DNA of 59,449 bases from Candidatus Hydrogenedentota bacterium. GTDB taxonomy: Bacteria; Hydrogenedentota; Hydrogenedentia; Hydrogenedentales; SLHB01. Numbering within the stretch: the first letter of the stretch is position 1; each line of letters opens with the position of its first letter. The stretch covers positions 1 through 59,449 of the forward strand of contig BTWA01000037.1 of NCBI GenBank assembly GCA_045863295.1, in the 5' to 3' direction. Below the pieces are notes generated by a model. That model was given only the letters and a program-made list of their open reading frames with translations. It searched no databases and was not told where the DNA came from. Shown piece by piece: positions 10,085-22,100 of this stretch. A program made the translations under genes and the position numbers.

Positions 10085-13000
10085 ATGGAAGAGCGTCCAT
10101 CGGTCACGCGGGGTATTACCGTGTCACGTCGTGCCCAGATCGCGTTTTGTTTGTTTTGGATGGTAGCCCAAGTTCCCTCCACAGCCGAACTGCTGTTATA
10201 TGAGTTCGAACAGTCTTGGCCAGTCCAAGTAAATTCCGTGTTAAATCTTGACGCCACATCTCTGTACGCGGATCGGGATGGGCACGTGTATGTACTTTCC
10301 AGTTACATCTACAAGATGGACTCGACAGGACGTTGGCTGCAAACGTGGAACCCGGGCGGTTCGTATCATATGCCCGCCAAGATCTACACGCCCCGTACAA
10401 TCTCCGAGCAGCAGGGTGTGGCGGTAGACCAGGCGGGACAGGTATATCTCGCCGCTTCCTTTTCCATCAACGTGTACTCGCCCGAAGGCGTACTGCTTGC
10501 GACGCACTCATTTCTGAATCCGGGCAGCCCGCCCGATCAATTAAATGCCGCCGACATCGTTGTCGACGGTCTTGGCTACATGTACGTGACGGATCACGTT
10601 AACGACAAGATTTTTCGCGTGAAGCCGAGCGGGTCGCTGCTGTCGTATTTGGGATCGCCAGGCACCGGTTCGGGCCAATTCAATATGCCAACCGGCATTG
10701 CCATGGACGTAGAAGGTGTTTTGTACGTCGTAGACAAAGGCAATAATCGGATTCAAAAGCTAGAGCGTGACGGCACGTTTTTGACCAGTTGGGGAACGCT
10801 GGGAAATGGAGACGGCCAGTTTTCCGCCCCCCAGGGAATCGCGATCGGGTCCATAGGCAACGTCTATGTTGCCGATACCGGCAACAACCGGATTCAGTGT
10901 TTTGACAGCAGCGGTGCATTCCAATTCAAATGGGGCATTCAAGGCAGCGGGCCGGGCGAATTCAACAGTCCGGAAGATGTAACCGTTGACGACAGCGGGT
11001 TTGTGTACGTCATCGACGGGGACAATTTTCGCATTCAGAAGTTTACGAAGGATGGCGCCTTTGTCACCTCTTGGAGCCGCTTGGGTTTTGAGAACGGCAC
11101 ATTTCACTATCCGTATGGCGTGGCGCTGGACAGCGCGGACAACGTATATGTGACAGAACGCGACAATCATCGCGTGCAGAAGTTTGATTCCAGCGGAGCA
11201 TTTATCACGAAGTGGGGCAGCTTTGGCACGGGCGACGGACAGTTTAACGAACCGTTCAGCATTGCCATCGACGGTTCGGACAATGTGTACGTGTTGGACA
11301 AGAACAATCACCGCGTGCAGAAGTTTACCTCGGTGGGCGGATTCCTTTTGAAGTGGGGGAGTTTCGGAACGGCCGACGGCGAATTTGCGCATCCCGAGGG
11401 GATTGCGGTGGATTCGGCCGGGAACGTTTATGTATCCGATACCACCAACGACCGCGTACAGAAATTTGATTCGGCGGGCAATTTCATCATGAAGTGGGGT
11501 ACGGAAGGGCCCGGCGATGGTCAATTCCGTAACCCCAAAGGCATCGATGTTGATGCGGCCGGTGCCAACGTGTTCGTCGTGGATGGAAACAACAATCGCG
11601 TTCAGAAGTTTACGAACAGCGGCGCGTTCGTGACGAAATGGGGCCAATTGGGGGCGGAAGCGGGGGACTTCGATGCGCCCGTAGGGCTCGCGTTGGACGA
11701 CGCAGACAAGGTGTACGTTCTTGAGCCCTCCAGCGGCAACCGCATTCAAAAGTTCGAACCCAACGGAACGTACATCACGCAGTGGGGCGATCGTGGTCCG
11801 GGCAGTTCGTCCACGGCCAGTTTAGACAACAAAATCATTCCCGGCATCTTCTACAGCCCGTGGGATCTCGAAGTGAGTTCGACGGGGGATGTATACGTAT
11901 CCGATGTGAACAACCATCGCATGCAAAAGTTCAAACCGGTCAGCGGCACGGACATTACGATAGGAATCGTGGTGTTGGGCGGCGGTCACTATAACGGCAA
12001 CCGGCTGTGGGGGGCGACGCAGTCGAACGGAGGGCTGGCGTGTTGGGCCATGGCCGCGCAGGGCATCCACGCGGACCGCATCCTGTTGATGACGCCGGGC
12101 TTTCCAACAACGATGGCAGGGGCGCTTTCACAGGCGACGGCGTATTACCCCAGTGAATTTGACATGAGTCAGATTGTGAACGACATCGCGGCCCAATGGC
12201 CGGGCATTGTGAAGAATGCCGTGGTCTATCTGGTCGATCACGGCGCCCCCGGCCGATTCAGGCTGAACGAAGACACCATACTCGAAGATTCGCAGCTTGC
12301 GAGTTGGATTGACGATATTCAAGAGCAAATTTCCGGCACATTGACCGTTGTCTACGATGCATGCGAATCGGGCACCTTCATCAGCGCGCTCGCAAATCCC
12401 ACGTATGCGGGCAAGCGCATTGTTATCGCAGCGACGAGCGCCGGGGAACAGGCGCATTTTGTGGAGAACGGTTTGCTGTCGTTCTCCAATCATTTCTGGT
12501 CCGAAGTATTGAATGGCGAGACGGTGGGTGAGTCGTTTGAACGCGCCAAGACCGCGATGAGTTGGGCCAATCAGAACCCGATACTCGACGACAACAGCGA
12601 CGGCACGGGAGACGGGCCGGCCAACCATCCGTTGGCCGACGTCACGCATATTGGTTCGGGAACCTCGGGGAATTTCACGCCACCGGTGCATACGACGACC
12701 GGTGGGGCGTATTCGGGGGTCAACGACGGCACCGTGTTTGTTGACGGCGTGTCCGACGACGAGGGGGTTGTAAGAGCGTGGGCGATTGTGACGCCTCCCA
12801 CCTTGACCACTTCGCAGGCGCCGTCCACGATGGCGGTAATCCACCGATCGGAAGTTGAACTTTTACCGGACGATGACGACAGCGATCGATGGGAAGGGAC
12901 TTATACCGATTTCGTCACGCCGGGTGTGTACAGCGTGGATGTTTTCTTGCTGGACGCGGTGGGTGCGTTATCGGGGCCGTTTCACACGACCGTGACCGTG

Positions 13001-16000
13001 GGCAATCCGCCAACCCGGAAAGTCATCCTGGTTGCGGCGGGAGATCCGGCTTCGCAAGAGTGGCCCGCCTATGTATATACGGCGGGTTGGGCGTATGCCG
13101 CGCTGCGGATACAAGGGTATACGGACGACGACATCCGCTTCTTTAGTCAGGCCACGGGTGCGGGCGTGGACGATTCCGACGCTACCCTCGCTGAAGTAAA
13201 CGATGCCATTGTCAATTGGGCTGCAACCAACACGCGCGATCTAACGATCTGTTTCATAGGTCAAGGCGTGCTGGGCGGCATCTGGATCAACCAGAGCGAG
13301 TTTCTTGAGTGGACCAGCCTGGGCACAGCCCTCGATGCCATACGCGACAACATTCCCGGAATGTTGACTGTCTATTGCGACGCGGACGGCGCGGGTAGCC
13401 TGTTGCCGCAAATTGCCCCTCCGCCGGAACACCCGCAGATAGTGGTTACCGGAGCGGGCGCTGGACAATCCGCCAGTTTCGCCAATGGGGGCATCACCAG
13501 TTTTTCGCGTCATTTTTGGGTGGAGACCGCCTTTGGGGCAACGGTGGCCGGGGCGTTTCAAAAGGCGGCTGGCGCGATGAAATTCGCGACCGGTCAAACC
13601 GGCGAACTGGATGACAACGGGGACGGCGTGTATGACTCCAAGGTCGACGGCACACGTGCCCTGCGCTACACAATTGGCAACGGCGTGGGCCTTGCCGGCG
13701 ATGAACCAGTTATCGGCGACATTTCGGGCGATCAGACGCTCTTCGGCGCCGAAACCTCGGCGACTTTTGGTGTAGGGCCGGTGTCTTCGCTCCTCGCGAT
13801 GCAGGAAGTGGTGGCGACGATTACGCCGCCAGACGGCGGCGCGCCGTTCGATGTTTCACTTGGAGAGACGTTTCCAGGCGAGTGGGAGGCCACCTACGAC
13901 GGTTTCACCAAGACCGGCGTATACCGAATCAGCGTGACCGCCGTTGACATCCGGGATATTGCCTCCGCGCCGAAAGAGACACGTGTAACCAAACAAACAG
14001 GGTCGGGAGACGGGGCCGATACGTACGAAGACGACGACGCATTTGGAAATGCGAAGTGGATCGGCGTCGATGCGTTTCCGGATCAGGTACATAATTTTCA
14101 CGATAATGGCGACATCGACTGGGCGACATTTCATGCCAATTCCGGCGACGTGATTACGGTCGAGACCAACAATCTCGGCGAGAATGTCGACACGCATATT
14201 CAGGTTTTCCGCGCGGACGGGGCAACGCAGGTTGCGGAAAACGACGACCGGCCCATTGGCGATGTGTCCTCCAGCGCGACGTTTACCGTGGACACCACTG
14301 CGTTTTACCTGGCAAAGGTTTTTCACTCCGCCGATTCGGACTTGCCGGGGTTTGGAACCGGTTCGAATTATGATTTGCGCGTATGGCGACAAACCGGACC
14401 AGCACTGCCCGGCAACCTGATGGTGACCGTGTTAAATGGCTTGAGCCAGGGCGTTGCGAATGCCACGATTACATTGAACAGTACAACCCCACCCTGGAAC
14501 TTGCAGCAACCGGTGCATTCGGACGGTACCTATTCCTTTACAGGACTTGGTTCGGGCAGCTATCAGGTGGCCGCTTCGGCTCCAGGATTTGGCCCGAGCT
14601 CTCCCGTGAATGTCTTCGTGTCCGCCGGCGGCAGCGCCAATCAGGTAATCACGCTCTCGGGACAAACCGGCGGCATCACCTGCACGATTGAACCCGCGGG
14701 CGCAGTGGCGGCGGGGGCGCAGTGGCGCGTCGACGGCGGTGCATTCCAGAATAGTGGCGCGACCGTATCGGGATTGACGGCGGGCGCACACTCCGTGACG
14801 TTTAAGGACATTGCAGGGTGGGTCACGCCAGCCGGAGCGAACGTGACCGTCAATCCCAATCAGACCGCGTCCGCTGGTGGTACTTACACACCGGCACAAT
14901 TGGCCACGCCCCAAGGACTCCAGGCGAGCGACGGCACGTTTGCCGATCGTGTGGAAGTCACTTGGCAGGCCGTGCCCAATGCGACAGGATATCGCGTCTA
15001 TCGTAGTCAGTCGTGGGATGGCAGTACGGCTACAGCGATAGGCGACGTCGCCGGAACGACGTTCAATGACACAACAGCAGCGACTCCCAACGTCGTCACT
15101 CCGCCCAGTGGCTGTGGCGGTGGCGGCGGTACACCGGTAGTGACGTACGTCACGTATGTGTATTGGATACAGGCGCTCGGAGCGGGGGGCATTGTAAGTA
15201 ACTGGTGTCCGCCGAACGACGGATATCGCGGGTTGAGTGCAAAATCCATGGATTGGCTGGCGTCGGAAGTTTATCAGCCGGCATTGCCGACACATTCCCT
15301 GGGAGAAGGCATCCGCGCGGCGTTGCCGGGCGATACCCTTGCGGTACGGTTGCGGGCAAGCGAACCCATCAATTGGGATGGCGTCGAAGCGACTCTGCGA
15401 TGGGAGGGGGGCGAGATTTCAACTGTGGAGACGGTGGTCATCGAAGGTAGCGGCGGCACCGACGGATGGGTTGTGGCCAAGCCGGATCCGGTTTGGACAG
15501 CGGATTCGGTGATTCGATTCGAAGTCACCTTCACAACGATAACCGGAACGCCCCAGGATCCGGTGACCTACGAATTCCATGTTCTGGAAGTACTTCCTGC
15601 CGATTCCGTCGCCGCCTTGGATGGGGCTGCCGGTAATCCATTTATAGTTGCTCCCTCGGGCCCATTTGAAGAATCCCAAAGCGTCACTGTCACGCTTCCG
15701 GCTGGAAATGGGGACGTAGACGTATACTACTACGTGAGCGACGGTCCGGCCGCAGGCTGGCACCCTGCATCCGAGGTGGTGGGATTGCTGGATGGGGAAA
15801 GTTCGGATTTTGGGAACGGGACGTGTCAACTTCGAGTCCGTCACGGCGGAACGCTGTGCTTGGGTCCGGCTGTAGCGCCTTTGGAACCATCGTCGTTGGG
15901 TTACAGCCGGGAATTGACTGGACGTGTTCTGGTGGCGGCCATTTTGGCGATCCTTCTGGCCGTAGCGCGAATTCGGCTTGCACGGACCGAATCAAGGACG

Positions 16001-16003
16001 TAA
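10085..16003 (+). CDS. NHL-repeat / C13-like peptidase surface protein, paralogue 2 (start may be GTG 10121)
   Basis: Same architecture; YLVDHG / YDACESGTF; C-terminal RVLVAAILAILLAVARIR. Confidence 0.9.
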   Translation: MEERPSVTRGITVSRRAQIAFCLFWMVAQVPSTAELLLYEFEQSWPVQVNSVLNLDATSLYADRDGHVYVLSSYIYKMDSTGRWLQTWNPGGSYHMPAKIYTPRTISEQQGVAVDQAGQVYLAASFSINVYSPEGVLLATHSFLNPGSPPDQLNAADIVVDGLGYMYVTDHVNDKIFRVKPSGSLLSYLGSPGTGSGQFNMPTGIAMDVEGVLYVVDKGNNRIQKLERDGTFLTSWGTLGNGDGQFSAPQGIAIGSIGNVYVADTGNNRIQCFDSSGAFQFKWGIQGSGPGEFNSPEDVTVDDSGFVYVIDGDNFRIQKFTKDGAFVTSWSRLGFENGTFHYPYGVALDSADNVYVTERDNHRVQKFDSSGAFITKWGSFGTGDGQFNEPFSIAIDGSDNVYVLDKNNHRVQKFTSVGGFLLKWGSFGTADGEFAHPEGIAVDSAGNVYVSDTTNDRVQKFDSAGNFIMKWGTEGPGDGQFRNPKGIDVDAAGANVFVVDGNNNRVQKFTNSGAFVTKWGQLGAEAGDFDAPVGLALDDADKVYVLEPSSGNRIQKFEPNGTYITQWGDRGPGSSSTASLDNKIIPGIFYSPWDLEVSSTGDVYVSDVNNHRMQKFKPVSGTDITIGIVVLGGGHYNGNRLWGATQSNGGLACWAMAAQGIHADRILLMTPGFPTTMAGALSQATAYYPSEFDMSQIVNDIAAQWPGIVKNAVVYLVDHGAPGRFRLNEDTILEDSQLASWIDDIQEQISGTLTVVYDACESGTFISALANPTYAGKRIVIAATSAGEQAHFVENGLLSFSNHFWSEVLNGETVGESFERAKTAMSWANQNPILDDNSDGTGDGPANHPLADVTHIGSGTSGNFTPPVHTTTGGAYSGVNDGTVFVDGVSDDEGVVRAWAIVTPPTLTTSQAPSTMAVIHRSEVELLPDDDDSDRWEGTYTDFVTPGVYSVDVFLLDAVGALSGPFHTTVTVGNPPTRKVILVAAGDPASQEWPAYVYTAGWAYAALRIQGYTDDDIRFFSQATGAGVDDSDATLAEVNDAIVNWAATNTRDLTICFIGQGVLGGIWINQSEFLEWTSLGTALDAIRDNIPGMLTVYCDADGAGSLLPQIAPPPEHPQIVVTGAGAGQSASFANGGITSFSRHFWVETAFGATVAGAFQKAAGAMKFATGQTGELDDNGDGVYDSKVDGTRALRYTIGNGVGLAGDEPVIGDISGDQTLFGAETSATFGVGPVSSLLAMQEVVATITPPDGGAPFDVSLGETFPGEWEATYDGFTKTGVYRISVTAVDIRDIASAPKETRVTKQTGSGDGADTYEDDDAFGNAKWIGVDAFPDQVHNFHDNGDIDWATFHANSGDVITVETNNLGENVDTHIQVFRADGATQVAENDDRPIGDVSSSATFTVDTTAFYLAKVFHSADSDLPGFGTGSNYDLRVWRQTGPALPGNLMVTVLNGLSQGVANATITLNSTTPPWNLQQPVHSDGTYSFTGLGSGSYQVAASAPGFGPSSPVNVFVSAGGSANQVITLSGQTGGITCTIEPAGAVAAGAQWRVDGGAFQNSGATVSGLTAGAHSVTFKDIAGWVTPAGANVTVNPNQTASAGGTYTPAQLATPQGLQASDGTFADRVEVTWQAVPNATGYRVYRSQSWDGSTATAIGDVAGTTFNDTTAATPNVVTPPSGCGGGGGTPVVTYVTYVYWIQALGAGGIVSNWCPPNDGYRGLSAKSMDWLASEVYQPALPTHSLGEGIRAALPGDTLAVRLRASEPINWDGVEATLRWEGGEISTVETVVIEGSGGTDGWVVAKPDPVWTADSVIRFEVTFTTITGTPQDPVTYEFHVLEVLPADSVAALDGAAGNPFIVAPSGPFEESQSVTVTLPAGNGDVDVYYYVSDGPAAGWHPASEVVGLLDGESSDFGNGTCQLRVRHGGTLCLGPAVAPLEPSSLGYSRELTGRVLVAAILAILLAVARIRLARTESRT

Positions 16004-16116
16004 ACAACTCCGCCATGCTTTGCAGTTATTGCACTGCCGAGCATTGTTGTAAGTGGAGTTTCCAATGGGTCGAGTAATGTAGTCGATTGTGTAGCTGTGG
16101 GTTACCTGGGGGAACC

Positions 16117-19100
16117 ATGTCACTTCCAGTCCGGTGTGTTGTTTACGCGGGGCTAGCTTATTGTTCGCTTTGCGGCGCTGAGACCGTGTATCAACTCGAT
16201 CGCACGTGGCCGGTCGAGACAAATCCACTGCCTTCGTTTGTAAATGCTCACAGTCTGACCGTCGATCGGCAGGGAAATGTCTATATAACGGAGTGGTTTT
16301 TTCATCGGATCTTTAAAACCGATTCCACCGGCCAACCCATTTTGCACTGGGGCACCCTCGGAGACGGATTGGGCCAAGTGTCGCACCCGGCGGGTGTCTC
16401 CACAAGCGTGGACGGCAAAGTCTATGTACTCGAATCCGGCAACAACCGTGTTCAAGTATTCGACGGAATTGGCGTACCCCTCTTTCAATTTGGCTCGGCG
16501 GGATCGGGCGACGGGCAGTTCAGCTTGCCGTTCGATATCCTCGTTGGTCTGGACGGAAAAGTCTATGTCGTCGACCAGGGCAATGACCGTGTCCAGGTCT
16601 TTACAGCCGATGGCCAGTTCTTGAGAAAATGGGGCAGCAGCGGAATCGGAGACGGTCAGTTCGATGCGCCCACGGGAATTGCCATGGACGATGACGGCAA
16701 TATCTACGTCGCCGACCGTGAATTGGATCGCGTGCAGAAATTCGATATCGAAGGAAACTTCCTCGCCAAGTGGGGCGCCACAGGTACTGGCAACGGGCAA
16801 ATGGACTATCCCACCGGCGTGGCAATTCTGCCGAACGGCCTCGTATGCGTCGCGGATTCGGGAAACTCTCGCGTTCAGCTATTTGACGCAAACGGCGTAT
16901 ACCAATACCAATTCGGTTCCGTAGGGCCGGGGGACGGACAATTCTCCACCCTGGATGCCATCGACGTGGGGCCGGACGGTCTGATTTACGCGTTGGAATC
17001 CGAGAATTCCAGGGTGCAGGTATTCAATGCAAATGGCAGCTATCTCCGCCAATGGGGAAGATTCGGAAATCCGCCCGGTCACTTTGCCGCTCCTGCCGCG
17101 GTCACAGTCTCCCCGGATGGCACAATGTATGCCGTTGACCGATATCTCCACCGCATACAGAAGTTCGCGCCGGATGGATCTTTTGATTCGTATTTGGGCA
17201 GCCCCAACGGGGCCGGCGGAGGCGATGGCGAATTCAACTGGCCTGAATCAATTGCAATGAACGCTGCAGGCGACGTCTATGTCACCGACACGTCGAACAA
17301 CCGTGTTCAAAAGTTTGATGCGAGCGGCAATTTCCTGCTGAAGTGGGGAGTCACGGGAGCGGGGGACGGCGAGTTTGTCTGGCCTAACGCGGTTGCGATC
17401 GGGCCGGACGGATCGGTTTATGTCTGCGATTACGGCAACAACCGCGTTCAGCGGTTCGATGCGAACGGTATATTCATCAGCAAGTGGGGTTCGGGCGGCA
17501 GTGGCAACGGACAGTTCACGGATATTCATGGCGTGGCCGTGACATCCGACGGCACGGTATTCGTTGCGGATGCCGGAAATAATCGGATTCAAAAGTTCAC
17601 CTCAACCGGCGCATACCTGGGACAAACTCAATCACCGGGATCGGGCGATGGGCAGTTTAATGCGCCGTATGATGTGAAGATCGGCGCCGACGGCAATCTA
17701 TATGTTGCAGACACGGGCAATCACCGGATCCAGATTGTCGACACCAATTTCACGTATCTCAATCAAATCGGAAATGGATTTCAAGGCGGCGACAACTTCT
17801 TGTCGCCTTTCGGCGTCAGTCCGGGTCCCGCGGGTTCCGTCTATGTCGCCGATACGGATCAACGCCGTGTTCAGAAATTCGTGCCGGTAGAATCTTCCAC
17901 CATCACGTCTGTATCCAAGGCCGTTGTCGTCATGGGGGGCGGTTCGTATCCTGGAAATGGACTGCTGCCAGCGACCGTTGCATCGGGCGCTCTCGCGTTC
18001 TGGGCCATGACTCAACAAGGAATCAACCCGGCCGAGATTTATGTGCTCGGTCCGTCGCTCGGCGCGCAATTGAACTTTACGGTGGACGCCGACGTGGACG
18101 CGATTGCGACCAAATCTGCCCTTGCCGACGCACTAACCCAATGGGCGATGGAACCAGTCAACGGCCTGCCTGTGAAAGACGTGTATGTGTACCTGGTCGA
18201 CCACGGCGGCGTAGGCAAGTTCCGGCTGAACGCAGACGACGAGATCTTGGACGAGACTGAACTCGCGGGGTGGTTAAACACGCTGCAACCGGCCATCACC
18301 GGTGATTTGGTTGTCATTTACGATGCCTGTGAGTCCGGTACCTTTCTGGCTACATTGAACGGTTCAAATGGCGCGGGTGAACGCGTGCTCATCACGAGTA
18401 CGGCCTCTGGAGAACCGGCCCACTTTGTCCAGGGAGGTCAGATTTCGTTCTCCAGCATCTTTTGGCCCGAGATACTCAATGGCCAATCGATTGGGGACGC
18501 ATTCACACGCGCCTCCGCCGCCATGGGGTGGGCCAATCAACAGAGCCTGCTCGAAGCCGACGGAAACGGCTCCCCGAATGAATCGACGGACATTGCGGTC
18601 GCAAACGGACTCATTCTGGGGAAGGGGACCACGCAATACTTCGACAACGCTCAAATTGGCAGCGTTGCCCCGGACAGCCAGATAGCGGGCGTAAACGACG
18701 GGCTCATCTGGGTTGATGACGTTACAGACAACGACGGAATTCAACGAGTCTGGGCGGTGATCACGCCGCCTTCCTATGTGTCCGCATACTCCACCATGGC
18801 GGTCATCGATCGGGCGTCCTTGGATTTGGTTCACGTGGGCGGCGATCGCTATGAAGCCACGTACGGTGAATTTGTGGTGCCGGGTACCTACGCGGTCGAC
18901 ATTTTCGTTGAAGATGGAGTTGGCGTCATCGCGGGGCCCGTGCACACGACGGTGGATGTGGGTACCCCGCCGCGCCGGAAGGCAATAGTCATTGCCGGGG
19001 GGGATCCAGGTGGAGAACTTTGGCCCGCGCATGATTGGGCGTCCTCCTGGGTGTATTCGGCTTTAAAGATTCAGGCCTACACCGATGATGACATTTACTT

Positions 19101-22100
19101 CCTCACGCATGCGGATGTCGCGGATGCACCAGGAAAAGACGGTGTGCCAGGCATGGCCTCCATTCAAGCGGCCATCGGCACCTGGGGAATTCAAAACACG
19201 CGCGACTTGACGATTGTTCTCGTCGGTCCCGGAGGGTTAGGGCAGTTCCTGCCAAACGCCACCGAAGTGCTGTCGTGGGATACATTGGACGGTTGGCTGG
19301 ATTCGGCGCAGGCAAACATTCCCGGTGTAGTCACCGTGATCGCAGATTGCGACGGATCGGGAAGTCTGCTGCCCAAAATGTCCGCTCCGGTCGCGAAGGT
19401 GCGGTATTGCGTCGCGGCAAGCGGTGCAGGACAGCAGGCCGCGTTTGGCAACGGCGGCGTGATGAGTTTCACCCGGTTCTTCTGGGTAGCTACGGCTCTT
19501 GGCGCGAATTTGGGCGAGTCCTTCAACGTGGCCGCCGAAGCAATGGCATTTGCCGCCAATCAACGATCGGAAATCGACGACACTCTCGACGGTTATTTCG
19601 ATTTGAAGTCGGACGGATTTCAAGCCCTGCATTACACCATAGGCACGGAAATCGGCCTCGCGGGAGACGAACCCCTGATCGGCGCCGTCGTTGGCGAACA
19701 AATCCTGGGAGAAAACGATTCCGAAGCCACAATTTGGGTGGATCAGGTGTCCACGCTGCTCGCGTTGCATCAAGTGGTCGGGTTGATCACGCCGCCAGGC
19801 GGCGCGGAACCGGTGGAGATCCTGTTGCAGCCCGACGGCACAGGGCGCTACTCGGCCACCTACAACGGCTTTGTAAACTTCGGCACGTATCCCGTCACCG
19901 TTACCGCAGTGGATCTTCGCGGTGTCTCGTCCGCACCCGCGGAAACCATTGTTGCGAAGCCCAACCCCTTGGGCGTGGATCCGGATATCTACGAGCAGGA
20001 CAATTCGTTCGGTGAGGCCAAGCCAATCACGGTAGACGGATTCCCGGATCAACGTCACAACTTCCATGTGCAGGCCGACGAAGACTGGGTCAGTTTCTAC
20101 GCAACGCTCGGAGATGTCGTGACAATTGAGACCAACAATCTGGGATTCGCCTGCGACACGATAATTGAGTTGTACGGAACGAACGGCACAAGCCTAATTA
20201 ATTCTCAAGATGACAGGAGCCTTGGAGACAAGTCGAGCCGGTTGGTGTGGACGGTCACGGCCACGGGCGTCTACTTTGTCCGCGTGCGCGATACCGAAGA
20301 CGCGCACGGTGACGGTGCCACGTATGACTTGCGTGTGTGGCGCGAAACAGGACCGGAAAAGGACGTCAATGTCACGCTCAACTTTGTTTCGACGGCACAG
20401 GGCGGAGCCGCGGTCCCCAATGTGACCATGAGCTTTATCCATCAGGGAAATGATCTGCAGAAAACGATCTCAAACTATTCAGTACAATTTGGCGGTAACT
20501 ACAATTTCTCATGGTATTCCGGCACGTATAGAGTCGAGGCCTCGGCCCCGGGCTTTTCGCCGGTTACCTACAATCCCATTGTCGCGAACGCTGGCGGCTC
20601 GATAAACTTGGCGATTCAGATGACCCCAGTGCCCGGCAGCATACAAACGACGATCCTGCCTGCCGGCGCGGTCAGCGCGGGTGCAAAGTGGCACACAGGA
20701 GACAACATACTCCAAAACAGCGGAGCCACAGTCTCCAATCTGGCGCCCGGAAATTATTCCGTTGTCTTTACTCCCGTGGCCGGATGGATCAAACCTGCAA
20801 CTCAGAATGTGCAAGTATCAAGTTCGGCAACGACTCAAGTAACCGGCACCTACGTGCAGGCAGGATCGGTCAGCGTTACCATTCAGCCCGCTGAGGCAAT
20901 GGCTGCCGGTGCACAATGGCGCTTGGACGGTGGACCCATGCAAGCGAGCGGTGCCACGCTGACTGATGTGACACCGGGGTCACACACAATCACCTTTTCA
21001 ACCGTAGCCGGTTGGATTACGCCGGCAGACATTCAGGCTACCGTCACTGGCGGACAAACCAATGATGAGACGGGGACCTATGTCGCCCGTACAGGGTCGT
21101 TAAACGTTACACTACTTCCCACCGCGGCGGTGACCGCGGGCGGTCAATGGCAGGTGGACGGCGGCGCGTGGCACAACAGCGGGGACACCGTTAACGGCTT
21201 GAGCATCGTGGGTCAGCGCACCGTGTCGTTCAAGTCTATTTCCGGCTGGGCCAAACCGGGAGACAAGTCGGTCCAAATCGTGGAAGGCCAGACGGCGAAT
21301 GAATCGGGCACGTATACCGTCGAGACGGGTTCATTAAAGGTCACCATTGAACCGGACGAAGCCGTGAATGCGGGGGCAAAGTGGCGCGTCGATAACGGTG
21401 CATTGAATGCTTCAGGGGCGACCGTGACAGGCTTGTCAGTCGACGAACACATACTGTCATTCGTTCAAGTCGACGGTTGGGTCACACCCGCGCCTCAAAA
21501 CGTGGACATCACCGCGAATACTTTGACCACCAAGACGGGGACGTATCAAAAGGCTACTTTAACGACGCCATCGGGCTTGCAAGCGAGCGATGGCACGTTT
21601 ACGGACAAGATTCGCTTGACATGGAATCCCGTGCAAAGTGCAACGGGCTACAAGATTTTTCGCGCCACTACCTGGAACGGAGGGGAAGCCGCGCAACTGG
21701 GCACCTCGACCAACGCGTTCTTTGAGGACTTTTCCGCCGCGCCGCCTTCGAACACAGGAGGGGGCGGCTGCAAATCCGCTCCAGCCGCACTCAAAGTGGA
21801 CTACGTAAAGTATGTGTATTGGGTTCAGGCGACGGGTCCGGGCGGCATTCAGGGAGACTGGTCCGCTCCGGACGACGGCTACCGCGGCGCCGCGAAGAAC
21901 TTCACGAATGAGTTGATCGATCCTGTCTACGAATCGGCGTTGCCCCCGGTTTCACTGGGTCCAAATTTGCGTGCCGCACGTCCCGATGATGTGCTGGCCG
22001 TACGTATCCGGGCGGATGGCGTGATCGATCCGACGAGTATTGTCACGCAAGTTACGAGCAACGGAATACCCATCGCGAATGGCGAGTGGATGCCCTACGA

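Noticed and set aside
10066..10094. TTGACA upstream of paralogue 2
   Set aside because: No acceptable -10 at 16-18 bp.
4090..17880. NHL DNA periodicity as a CRISPR or DGR-like array
   Set aside because: Degenerate protein-coding repeats; no identical repeats with spacers, cas genes or reverse transcriptase.
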